A stretch of DNA of 64,000 bases from Eledone cirrhosa (lineage: Eukaryota), in assembly GCA_964016885.1 (NCBI GenBank), contig OZ024740.1, forward strand, positions 125,922,001 through 125,986,000, in the 5' to 3' direction. The notes under the pieces were generated by a model. It saw nothing but the letters and a program-made list of their open reading frames with translations. It did no database searches and was not told where the DNA came from. The position numbers and the translations under genes were made by a program. Of this stretch, positions 1 to 12,134 are shown piece by piece (the stretch's first letter is position 1; the number at the start of each line of letters is the position of its first letter).

Positions 1-2944
1 GAGTTTGTCTCGAACTGGTAGAGCTCCTCGGTAGCACTCCCAGGCCAGGGACTTTTGGAAGTTGTCCATCGGTCCCGGGCGGAAGGTCCGACCGAACAGA
101 CTGGCCAGTTTGTCTTCCTCCACGCCTAGAGTTTCTCCGAGCGCGTCGTCGCACTTGCTGCGGATCAAACCTCTATAGAATGATGAAGTGGAGTCTCCAC
201 TGATCGCCGGGTCTGTCTGCCAGAGAGCTGTGAGCACCTGAGCACATTCAATGTGCCAGTCGCCCATTTTCCTCGGTCTTTGCTTGACCCAGGACTGCAG
301 CTCGGTCAGTGAGACGAGTCGTGGGAAGGCTCGCCTCATGAACGGGGCCCACACCAGTTGTCCGGTGAGGAATACGTAGAGATGCCACAGCCTGAGTTCG
401 TGTTTGCTTATCGTCAGCCACGGCATCCACCGCCCTTCGTTGGAAGGGTGTTGGCAGCAGATGGATCGTCTCACCAAAGGAGCCCGCTTGTTCCAAAGGA
501 ATTGGAAGAGCACGCGCTCCATTTTGGTGAGCGTTTTGGCTGGACAAGACACGAATGTCAAGCGGTAGTAGATGACAGATGCTATAAACGTGTTCGCCAC
601 CCACGCTCGACCTTTCAAGGATTGTTTGCACTCAGCCCACTTCTGGGTGAGTGCAAACACCTTGGCTGTCACCTCGTTCCAGTTCTTCTCCACCTGGAGG
701 TCCGGACCAAATCAGACCCCGAACAGCTTCACCGGTCCTTCCGTCCAGCATTTGACGATGCCATCGGAAGGCATCGGTTTGCCTCTCCACGATCCGAGTT
801 GCAAACTGATGGACTTGTCCCGGTTCAGCTTAGCTCTTGTCAATCTTTCGTATTCATTCAGTAAGGTGCCGACTTCCTCGATTTGCAAGGTGCCCGACAC
901 CATTACTGCCACGTCGTCGGCGTAGGCCATGCCACTTTCCGCAGTCCCGGTTCCAGAGGGATGCCCTGCAATAGCTCCAACTTCCGCAGTCGTGGCTCAA
1001 GACTCAGTACGTACAGGAGGGAAGAGAGAGGGCATCCCTGTCAGATGGAACGGCTCCGAGAGGTAGCTGTTCACCTTGACACTTGAGCAGTTATTGCTGT
1101 TGTGCATTGCAGCAATCCAGCCCCTGAACACGTTTCCGAAGCCTGCCGCCTTGAGCACCGCATCCAGGTAACGGTGGTAAACCCTATCGAAAGCCTTAGA
1201 TTGATCCAAGTTGATCAGGGCCACACCGAAGCCGGGTTTACACCCTACCCTCTCTACGATATATCGCATGAGGTATAGGTTGTCGTGTATGGACCTGGTC
1301 AGGATTGCGCATATCTGCGCTTCTCCCATCAGGTTTCGATGACAAGCGCCAGCCTCTTTGCCAATACCTTGGCCAAAATCTGTAACTCTGTGTTTAGCAG
1401 AGTTATGGGCCGGAAGTTGCCTATGTAATCCCCCTTATTCTCGTCCTTCCTGACTAGTGTGACTACGCTCCTGGTCACAGAACTAGGAATTCTCCAGTTC
1501 TGCTGCCAGTTGCAGTAGACCGCTTCCAGGAGACCGGAGAACAAGTCCGGCATTTCTACGTAAAATTCGTAGGGTAGACCGTCGAGACCTGGCGATTTGC
1601 ATTTGCCGCATTGGCTCAGCGCGTCCCCTAGAGCGGCTGAAATCGGCCTTTCGCAGAACTTCGTCTCGCTGTCCGAGAGTCGCGGTAGGCCGTCGAGGTA
1701 TGGACCGCAATCCATAGCCCTTCACGGCGCGCCGCCCTGCCCGAAGAGCTGAGCAAAGTGCCGCTGAAAGGCTGCGCACATCTACTTCGGTTCACGTACA
1801 CGCGTCCGTCTTGGTCCTTCAAAGACCGAATCGTGGACTTGTTGCCAATTTTCGCCTTGTTGCCACTTGTCACCCGGGCTCAGCTAACAGCTTTGGCTCC
1901 CTCGTTACCCAGAGCACGTATTTTGCTTCTGACAACGCAGCGCTCATGCTTTGCGTCGAAGAACTGGTCCAAGGGCGTTCTCGTTGCTAGCACGCTGGCC
2001 ATGTTGCCACTTCTAATTGCCTCTTCTACTTTATCTACCAGTTCCTACTCGGTCCTATTTTATCTAACATTAATTCTTTACTAAAAACTAACGAGTCTAA
2101 TCTAACTTCCATCTTGAGAGAGTACCACCATCTGTTGTTGACAATGGCCCCTGTCAAGTTCTGTTTAACTAATCCGCTTACTGTAAGCTTTGTTTGTTGG
2201 TAAGGACAAGTTTAGCTTCCAGTAATCGGGTCCTTGTCTATGGGTTCTATCAAGGTTGACCACTTCGGCCCCCAACTTGTGATCCGAATAGTCAACCATG
2301 AACATTTGTGGACAGCTTAATATGTCCCTATCCTTGTTTCTAACTAGGAACCTATCTAGGTACGACCTAGATGTTTCGCTAAGATTAGTCTACGTCCACA
2401 GTGGCAGAGTCGGAAAATCTAGTCGATACCTATAGGCCAGATCAAATCGGCCGATTAACCGTTTGAGGCTGTTACACCCCCCTCTATCGGGACATGCCCC
2501 TACATAGTCCCAACGTGCATCCAGGATACCATACCAGTTCCCCACTAAAAGCAAGGAGCGAGACGTTCCCAAAAAAGTCTCTAGGCGCTGGAAGAAGTCC
2601 GGTCGCGGTGTCCCAGATGGGGCATAAGTTGCCACCAGCCAAAGGCTACTGCCGACGTCTAGAACAATCAGTCGACCCTCCGGGTCCAGGTTACCTTTCG
2701 TGTTGCGAGGCCCAGGTGTTTTCGCAGCAGAACGACCACCCGCGCCACCCCCCGGCTGACAGAGAGATGCATAGATCTCAAAGTCGTCGAAGATGGGGGC
2801 CAGTTGGTGCTCGCTGCTGATCCTGGACTCACAAATAGCTATCACATCCATTCTGTGCGACCTGAGGTCATTTAAGAGGTTGCCCTGCTTCCAGGACATC
2901 CCGAGGCCACGCATATTTAGACATCCAACTCTTATAACAGCCAT
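1..2944 (-). pseudogene. LINE ORF2 (APE endonuclease + reverse transcriptase), multiple frameshifts and stops
   Basis: Fragments 2390-2944 (APE), 1329-1715 (KSPGLDGLPYEFY, NFRPITLLNTELQILAKVL), 997-1329 (DQSKAFDRV) and 712-930 (AYADDV) are collinear but in different frames. Confidence 0.88.
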
Positions 2945-3870
2945 GTTGGTGGTGAAGAGTTAAAGTGGAGAAAAAGAAAAAGACACCTACCTGTCCTTCT
3001 CCTGAGGATCAGGCTGCACACTTTCCATGGGGGTGTCAGAGGGGTTGTTTGGTGGGGTGGTGGTTTGGGATGTGGTGGGGACATCAGTGTGTGGTGGGGT
3101 GGGGGTGTTTCGTGGGGCAGGGGTGTCTGGAGTGGTAGTGGGGAAACATTTCAAAAGGACGCGATTGATGGGTCTAGTACAGGGATTCCCCACGTTCTCG
3201 GGGAAGATCTGTTTGAGCATTGCGTAGGTGTCCCTTGGGACCCTAATCATTTTCAAATGTGGTTTAGTCGCCGCGTTGGTGAACATTTTCCCTTCGGTTT
3301 CCACCGAAGGGTCTTTGTCTATTGTTTGTGAAAGTGTTTTGTTGTTTGTGTTGATGTATGTATACTGATTTTGTTGTGTTGTGCTTTTTTTTGTTGTTCT
3401 TATGTGTGTTTGCGCTTTGTAGTATGTCTTATGTTTTCAGGAGGGGTGGGTTTTTTTTGTTTGTGATGTTTGTTCTGTTTGTGCTGGTGGTTGTGTGTTG
3501 GTTGCATTTTTGTTAATGTGGTGCCTTCTTTTCTTTCTTTTTACTGGTTGAAGGGTTCTCCCTCGTCGTCACTGGGTGACGTTGATAAGCGGTCCTCGTC
3601 CGTGTTGTTGGGGAGGGGTATATTTTGGGGTTTTGTTGTGGTTGTTATGGTGGTGGTGGTGGTGGTGGTTGTATCGTTGTTGCGTGTGGGGTGGGCAGGA
3701 GCGTCTTTTTTGGAGGGCATTTAAAAGGGGACAGGAAGCCCTTCCCCAAAAGTTACACAATTTCTTGCCTCCTTCAGCAACTATCTGGCATTCGAGATGT
3801 CCAGTGCCTTGTAAGTCTGTGTCTCTCGGACCGCCTGTGCGAAAGAAACTCCAGTCGTGGGTCCGCTCTC
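1..3870 (-). mobile_element. Decayed L1/Tx1-clade non-LTR retrotransposon (runs off the left window edge)
   Basis: ORF2 starts with an APE endonuclease (MAVIRVGCLNMRGL...DVIAICE...GRLIVLD...TYAP) and is followed by RT blocks. Upstream Pro/Thr-rich ORF1-like remnants lie at 2987-3860. The 5' boundary is approximate. Confidence 0.8.
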
Positions 3871-3907
3871 TTTCGTGTTGTTGTTGTTATTGTTGTTGTT
3901 GTTGGAT

Positions 3908-4095
3908 TGGCGGTGGATTGGCAGTATCAGTAGAGGGTCGGACGCCATGCTTTCCAGCATAGTTACGTCCCTTTACGATCTGAGTTCAAATCCCGCCGAG
4001 GTTGACTTTGCCTATCATCCTTACGTGGTCGATAAAATAAAGTACCAGTAATGCACTGGTTAATTGCTGGCTTGTGCCTAAAGTAGAAACAATTA
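3908..4095 (+). mobile_element. tRNA-derived SINE, family A, full length
   Basis: A-box-like TGGCAGTATCAGTAG, B-box GAGTTCAAATCCC, body ...GATAAAATAAAGTACCAGTA...GTAGAAACAATTATT; near-identical copies occur elsewhere in the window. Confidence 0.85.
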
Positions 4096-4963
4096 TTGTT
4101 GTTGTTGTTGTAGTCACTGATGTTGATATTGTTCGTATTTTCCTTGGTGTTGGTGTTGTTGTAGTCTTTGATGCTGGTATTATTGGTGTTGTCTTTATTT
4201 TTTTCTTTGTTGTTGTTGGCATTGTTGTTTTTATTATCATTGTTGGTGTTGTTGTTGTTATTTTTGTTGTCATTGTACTGTTTGGTGTCATTTGTGTCGT
4301 TTGGATTTGAATTTGTTTTTACAATTTGATTTCGTCTTTCCCTATCCATAGTATCTATGGAGAAGGGAAGGGAAGAAGACGATATTGACTGCGAGCTATG
4401 TAGTCTTACCGACTCTCCACCACCATTATCGTCGAACGCAGCATTCATAACGTAAACAAATTTCTTACGATATGACAATTTTCTTGTTACAAATCTATTT
4501 ATTAATTTCAAGAACGTCAGTATTCCGTGTCATAATTCTCGATTATCATTGGTTCATAAGTTTCAAACGACTCCGCCCACCTCAACGACGCCAAACTGAA
4601 ATTAATATGCATAATGCCAATGAGGGAGTGCGAGGGGAGAGTGTGAACGCTGTGTTCAATAACTATTAACATGTGTGCATGTGTATGTACGTGCGCGTAT
4701 GTTTATGTGTGTGTGCGTGCGTGCAGTGTTCCACAGAAAGTAAAATCTATCAACATGTATGAGTGTGTGCGTGTGTAAGTTTGCGTGCGTGTGCGCGTTT
4801 CCATGCGTGTATGTGTGTGGCGTTCCACAATCGCCACGCAGTTTATCTGTCTGTGTGCCTGTCTGTCAGTCTAACATACACAGAGTTGTGAAGGGAGTAA
4901 ATAGGGACCTTTTTTACATTGACGGACATCTTTTATATTTATCATTGTGTCATTTTTTGACAA

Positions 4964-7900
4964 TTGCTCGAAATGAATACTGATAATAAAAGCAATTCGA
5001 CTTTATCAAACAGTGAACTAAAGCGGCGACGGCGTGCAGCCAGCAATGAAGACAAACGGGCCGAAAAACGCCATCGGAACGCCAAACTTCAGAGGCGAAG
5101 ACGTGCCGCCATGAATGAAGAGGAGCTGGCTGAACAACGCCGACAAAACACTGGAGCCAAGCAGCGACGGCGTGCTGCGATGGTCGAAGACGAATTGGCT
5201 GAGCATCATCAGCAGATGTCCAGAATTCAGCAGCAACGGCGTGCTGCGATGAATGAAGTGGAGCTGGCTGAACAGTGCCAGTGCAATACAGAAGTTCAGA
5301 GAATGTGTCGCCAAAGTGCTTCTCATTCCAGTAAAGAGGGTAGAAGGCAAACGGATGATATTAAAAATGGATCATGGCAACCGTGTCATTTTCAGATTGG
5401 TTGACGAGCAGAGTGTCCACATTGTGGAGCATTGCTTTGGAGGCACGAAAAGACGTGGACCACAATGTGCTGTCATAAAGTAGCAGTTCAACTAGAACCC
5501 TTGCGAATGTCGGTTGATGAGGAGTCACCGGAGTTTAAAATACTAAGTATGTGGGGTGATCAAGGAGACCGAGGTGGATAACTGTGCAAATATAGCGGCA
5601 AATTAACAATTCATTAGCTTTAGCATCGCAGAGAGTTAGTGAGATGTTTGAGAGTGGAGCATGGCAACCGAATGTAGTCAATCAAGGCCATTTGTATCAT
5701 TGTATCGGTAATTTAGAAGTTACCCCAGGAGAGAGGCCTCGATTCGCTCAAATTTACGTTAACGATCCAGATTATAGTGAATCGGAAGAGGATATCAGGA
5801 TCGGTTGCATGAAGTTGCCGGGAAATATAACTGAACTTGAACGGCAAAGGTTAAGTGATTTGATCCGTGATTTGCAATCATGGCTTAGACAGTGTAATTC
5901 TTATGTTATGGATTTCATGTTAGTGGCTGAACTGCAAAATGTTCAGCAGCAAACATTGGTGATTAAGGCTGACGCAGTGCCAAGGAATCAACACGAATGG
6001 CGATATAATGCGCCTGAAGGATTTCGTGAAGTTGTTGTGATGATGGACGATAAGCCTGGATCGAGATATATCGTCCTCAATCGTAGAGATGGTGGTCTCA
6101 AGACTATCAATGAGTCAAATAGGGCATACGATCCATTGCATAATGTTCTTTTATTCCCAAACGGTGAAAATGGATGGAACATGCCCGTTCATTTAGATGA
6201 TCATGAAAATCAGCATCAACAGGGAGGTGGCAATAGACACAATATTTCGATTCGCGACTTTTACGCGTTCCATTTGAACGAGAGGAATCAACAAAGAAAT
6301 GCGCTATTTCAAGCCACCGGATTGTTCCAGGACTACTGTTGTATGGCATTCGCAAAGATCGAAAATCAAAGGCTAAATTATATAGCTACACATCAGCAAC
6401 ATATCAGAGCTGAATTGTATAATAATATACAGGATGCGATAACAGCCGATGATGCCAATTACAAGCAAATTGGTCGACGCATCATTTTGCCATCGTCGTT
6501 CATCGGCGGCCCGAGATATATGAACATTCGCTATCAGGATGCAATGGCTATTGTCAGAAAGTTTTGAAAGCCAGATTTGTTTATAACGGTTACATGCAAT
6601 CCTGAATGGACTGATATTAAGGATGCACTTTTGCCAGGACAACAGCCAAAGGACCATCCTGATATTGTGGCAAGAATATTCAAAGGATATCTGACAAAAG
6701 ATAATGGATGATGTGGAAAAAGAGGGAATCTTTGAAGGTATAGTTGCTTTTACATACGTAATTGAATTCCAAAAAAGAGGATTGCCACATGCACATTTGC
6801 TGATCATTTTACATAGAGATTGCAAATTGAGATGTGCTGAGGATGTCGACAGCATTGTGTGTGCTGAACTGCCAGAGAATGAGGCACTACGCAACTTGGT
6901 GGAAACGTCAATGGTGCACAACCAATGTAGAATGGTAAATCCGAAAGCGCCTTGCATGAAAACTGGCCAATGCAGTAAGCACTTTCCGAAATCTTTTGTC
7001 ACGAACAATTCCTGGAACGATGGGGCTGTTCATCCCTCATACAGAAGACTGTCGCCTGCAGATGGCGGTTTGGTCGAAAATGTAAACGGTCGACAGGTTA
7101 CAAATCAATGGGTTGTGCCATACAATCCATATTTGATTATGAAATATCGTTATCATATTAATGTGGAAATTTGTAGCTCAGTGAAAGCCTGCAAATATCT
7201 ATTCAAATATGCTTACAAAGTTCATGATCGGGCATGATCAATGTCAGGAATAAGGAAACAAACCAAGGAGATGAAGTTGGCAGGTTCCAGGATGTTCGCT
7301 CGATTGGATCTAGCGAAGCTTGCTGGAGATTGTTCGATTTTGATCTCAATGAACGCAAACCCAGCGTTCAGAATCTGACGGTTCACTTGGAGAATAGGCA
7401 AATGCTCTGTTTTCAGGACACTAGAAGATGTGTCGAAAGAATTGCTAACGCACCACCTCCTAAGACGGAATTGACTGAGTGGTTCAAGCATAATAGGGAA
7501 GATGCTTTGAACCCGGATCAAAGGCAATTCTACTGCGATTTTCCTTCGCACTATACGTGGAATAAGAAGGGAAAGAAATGGAATGATAGAAAACAAAAGT
7601 TGAGATTCATGACTATTGGACGAGTTTGTAATGTCCATCCAGCATCTGGTGATGTGTTTTATCTCCGAATTCTGTTGCATAATGATTTTTCGTGAGGTAA
7701 ACAGAGCTTCGCTGATTTGAAAGCAATCAATGGCGTGGAATATGAAACATACCAGGCTGTGTGTTAGCATCTGGGACTCCTTCAGGATGACGCTGAATGG
7801 AATAACGCCATGGAAGCTGCAGGAACAACACAGATGCCAGCTCAAATAAGGCAGTTGTTTGTCACGATTCTAGGATTCTGCAATCCTGCCGATCCAAGAG

Positions 7901-9573
7901 AGTTATTTGAACGCCATTGGGGAATTATGGCTGATGATTTTAGGCATCATCTTCAGGTCGATGATGAAAATTTGATGAAAGCTATTGTTTTGCTCAATAT
8001 TGAGCAGCTGCTTGAAGTTCATTTCAAATGTTTAACAGATTTCAATTTGCCAATTCCTGAGGAAGAAATGCGGCAACGTGTCTTAGCATTGAACATGAGA
8101 TTGCAGCTTAGACGGTTGCCACTCGATCGGAGAGAACTATTCCACTTTGATTCATTGGAACAGCAACGTATTGTGGATGAACGTAGGCCAATGTTGACCA
8201 AATCTCAGAGAGAATTGGTCGATGGTGTACTCCACTCGATTTCCACTAATGAGCAACTTTGCTCTTTCATAGATGCTCCAGAGGGCACAGGAAAGACATT
8301 CTGTTTCAACACTATGTTATCGGCAGTCAAAGCTCAGAGGAGGATTGCTCTCCCTGTTGCCACCAGTGGGATCGCTGCCACTTTGCTGAGTGGTGGAAGG
8401 ACCTTCCACTCATGCTTCAAGGCTCCATTGGCTCCGGATGTGTTGAGTGTCTGTAACATTACAGGACAAAGTGAACTCGCGGGCCTTATACGCAACACGT
8501 CTCTGATTATTTTGGACGAGGCTCCTATGGCACACAGATATTTGCTGGAGGCATTGGACAGAACTTTGAGAGATATCTGTGGTAGTGACCTGCCATTCGG
8601 TGGTAAGACTATCGTTCTTGGTGGCGATTTCAGACAGGTGCTACCAATTGTTAGGAATGCTCAAAGAGCGCAAATTGTCGATGCATGTCTGAAAAAGTCC
8701 TCGTTGTGACGCCATTTCAGAGTTTTGCTATTACACGACGATAATATGTGACTTCGTATGTTCGGGCAAAACGAAGAGGCTGAAACATACGGCCGATGGT
8801 TGATGCAGTTGGGAAACGATGAATTGCCACACGTTGGTGATAATCAGACTGTAAGAATCCCATACCATTTGGTCATGCCACTGGACCGCCAAGCATTGAT
8901 TGACTGGGTGTTCCCTAATTTGAATGCTTTTTGGCAGAATATCTCCTGGATATCGGAACGCGTTATTCTAACTCATACGAATGCAACGGTCGATGAAATA
9001 AATTCACAAGTAGCCAGAATGTTTCCTAGAGAGGAATGGTTGACCGTCAGTGCTGATGCAATAGAGCCTAATCAGCAGAATAATATCGATGTTCCGACTG
9101 AGTATCTGAATTCACTTCAAATACCCAGATTTCCCCCACATATTTTGAGGTTGAAAAAGGGTATGCCGATTATATTGCTTAGAAATATAAATCATAAAAT
9201 GGGTCTTTGCAATGGTACCAAATTGATTGTTGAGAGATTGATTAACGGAAGAGTTTTAGAAGCTAAACTCCCAGGCAGAGAGGAATCGGTTCTCATTCGG
9301 AGGATCATGCTGAGACCAAGTGAAGATCTGCTGCCATTCATTTGGCAAAGGAGACAGTTTCCTGTCAATTTGGCCTTCTCCATGACTGTCAACAAGGCAC
9401 AGGGACAGACTTTCAAGCGAGTCAGTGTCTACTTGAATAATCCAGAATTTAGCCATGGGCAACTGTATGTTGCTGCATCTCGAGTGTTCGATCCTGATGG
9501 TATAACATTTGCAATTGATACCACTAACAGAGGAACAACCCTGAATATTGTCTATAATGAAGCTTTGAGCTGA
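4964..9573 (+). pseudogene. Helitron RepHel (HUH replication initiator + PIF1-family helicase), disrupted
   Basis: Zn motif CPHCGALLW..E....CC (~5410-5475); Rep motifs KPDLFITVTCNPEW, EFQKRGLPHAH, YLFKYAYK; helicase motifs APEGTGKT, ILDEAPM, GDFRQVLP, KAQGQT, HGQLYVAASRV. Split over at least 6 ORFs by stops and frameshifts. Confidence 0.93.
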
Positions 9574-9604
9574 TGTATGCATATCTTTAATGCTATCAAT
9601 AAGC

Positions 9605-9940
9605 GACGTAAATAATTCGGACGTTGGTGTCCTTTGATTAGTATTGTGAGCTTTGACAGAGTTGTCATTTATGTTCAATGTCATTTAATGTCGTTATGAG
9701 CAATAAAAACAAACAAGTATTGGTAAAAATTGTTTTCACTGCTATGTTGCGCAATAAATATCAACAAGTATTGGTAGAAATTGCCTTCACTGCTATGAAT
9801 ATTTGACGTAAATGATTCAGACATTGGTGTCCTTTGATCAGTATTGTGAGCTTTGACAGAGTTATCATTTCTGTTCAATGTCATTTATTGTCGATAATGA
9901 GCAATAAAAACCAACAAGTATTGGTAGAAATTGCCTTCAA
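9605..9940 (+). repeat. Imperfect tandem duplication in the Helitron 3' non-coding region
   Basis: GACGTAAAT...TTGGTGTCCTTTGAT...GAGCTTTGACAGAGTT...CAAGTATTGGTA occurs at ~9605 and ~9806, with an extra ~47-bp sub-unit at ~9751. Confidence 0.85.
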
Positions 9941-11142
9941 ATTTATCGCTTCTGATAGTGGTGGTAATAAAACCTCTTCATATGCTGAGTCTGGCAAAAA
10001 GCTTGGTGCCAATGGCCGGTCAGGGCTAAAGTAATATTGAAAAACGATTCTATTTTCGAAGTAGAAGGATCCGCCATTTGGAGTTCAAACCAGACCACCT
10101 CCCCGAGTTGAACTCTGGGCAATATTGACTGTCTATTACTCAATGTCTAAGAGCCTGGAAATTACTGAATACATCTTTGTGTCATATAATTTGTTGTTTT
10201 ATTATTATAGCTGACCACTTATAGCTAAGCATGTTATCCATATCCATATTAATTTGGCATTTGTATAAACCATTTCAAGTAAATAGGGACCTTTTTTACA
10301 TTGACGGACATCTTTTATATTAATTATCTATATCTATATATACATATAATGATACACGTTTTACAGTCAGGCAGAAGATGAACTATCTCTTAGAAGTCAC
10401 TATTCTAGGTGGGAGCACCTAGAATTGTTCATATACTATGCACAAACGGTACAACGAAGAATCTGGTATATCTGGAAGATTTTTTTTACTGTTTTTGGTA
10501 TCACACAGACACCACGGACTCGCCTCATACTGTAACCAGACAAATATCCAATACAGTCATTTTGTCTTTTACCTGTCTTCTCTTATCATCTGTTTACCCC
10601 GGCGAAGCTGGGTACGTCAGCTAGTGAACATAATAGCAACAACAATGCAGGCATTCATGCAGACTTATCAAGTAAGAAAATAGTCGAAAAGGAGAGTGTT
10701 TTCAATGCTTCATTAAGTGACAATAACAACAAAAGCTTTGTAACTAACACAGATACAATAAACAATGAGACCACAGATAGAACCAGTTTTGTGGCTACAT
10801 TGTAGACAAAATACTTGAATCTCCTTGCCTGAAGAATATATTCAGGATCAGGCATGGAGAAAACTAATTTTATTTTGTCTCACAAATGGCGGCGATATTT
10901 TTTATGCCTTTAAAAAATTAATTCATGGGAGTCCTATGCAATGTCTGGAATAATGTTCTAAATATGGAAAAGGTTAATATTTATGTGACTGCCTGACTGT
11001 CTCTCAACAGCAAGGAGGAAACAAAGAAACAAGCACAGATAATATGCAAAACCCCTGCATATGAAGCAGCATAACACAAAGATAACATCCAAAATAATAA
11101 TATTTAAATTGAAAACTGACATCCAGAATGCCATGTTATAAT

Positions 11143-11331
11143 AATTGTTTCTACTTTTGGACAAGGCCAGCAATTAACCAGTGTATTACTGGTACTTTAT
11201 TTTATCGACCCCCGTAAGGATGAAAGGCAAAGTTAACATCGGCGGGATTTGAACTCAGAATGGCAAGGGCTGTAACTCTATGCGTCAAAGCATGGCATCC
11301 GACCCTCTACTGATACTGCCAATCCACTGCC
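11143..11331 (-). mobile_element. SINE family A, TSD ATGTTATAATAAT
   Basis: Reverse complement of 3908-4095; ATGTTATAATAAT is present on both sides. Confidence 0.88.
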
Positions 11332-11334
11332 AAT

Positions 11335-12133
11335 GTTATAATAATGGTAAGAGAAATCCTTACATGGCCAATACCCCAAAAAGCTAAATAGAAAGAAATT
11401 AGACAAATAAAACACGCAAAACTGGCTCTGAAGCACTGAACTAAAAGATGAGATTGAAGGATTTTTAATTGCAGAGGACCAGATTTTACCCACCAGAAAC
11501 TACCAGAAGTGCATAATGAAACATAAGTAACTGTAAAATATGTGGAAATAGGGAAGAATCAATCAACCACATAGTCTCTGGATACCCCACTCTAGCCAAA
11601 AAAAGAATATATCCATAGGCATGATAGAGTTGGGACCGTCATACACTGGAAGTTATCTGTCATCAATACAACCAGAAATACAAACAGAAAAAGATGGTAG
11701 TACAAACACACCAGTAAAAGTGTCAGAGAATGACAAAGCAACCATTCTCTGGGATATGCCAATACATACAGACAGAGAGATCAAAGCCAACCGACTAGAT
11801 ATTCTAGTTAAAGACCACAAAGGAAAAATAGATAGAAATAACTTGAATGTGGAAAATGAAAATAGAAACAATACCTATAATAATAGGTGCTCTAGGAATG
11901 ATAAAAAGACACACAGACAAATATATAGCCAAAACTCCAAGTCTTACAAATATATACAGCATACAAAACATAGTACTATTATGCACTGTACACATATTAC
12001 GAAAAGTACTATCAATACAATAGAAACAACATCAGCAAAAACGACACTGCTCATACCCAAGGTGCACAGAGCTGTGCTTGGTAAAACAGTAATGAAGTGC
12101 AATAAAAAAGAATAATAATAATAATAATAATAA
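11335..12133 (+). mobile_element. R4/Dong-like (RLE endonuclease) LINE 3' fragment with (AAT)n tail
   Basis: Degenerate CCHC (CKICGNREESINHIVSG), RHD motif, ILWDMPIHTDREIKANRLDILVKD and IIIGALG; ends in (TAA)n. Confidence 0.75.
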
Positions 12134-12134
12134 T

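Larger units (their letters stand above)
4345..10624 (+). mobile_element. Helitron (rolling-circle transposon), decayed autonomous type
   Basis: Contains RepHel remnants. The 3' end is hairpin TACCCCGGC-GAA-GCTGGGTA (10595-10614), then CTAG at 10621-10624, followed by T. The 5' TC end is uncertain (A|TC at 4345 or 4354). Confidence 0.85.

Noticed and set aside
3963-4511. 182-aa Asn-rich ORF and overlapping Val/Thr-rich ORFs
   Set aside because: These are products of (GTT/AAC)n low complexity and run through a SINE.
9605-9940. Spaced repeats as a possible CRISPR array (also 36477-36557 and 39870-40080)
   Set aside because: They are imperfect tandem units without unique spacers, in a eukaryotic context with no cas genes.
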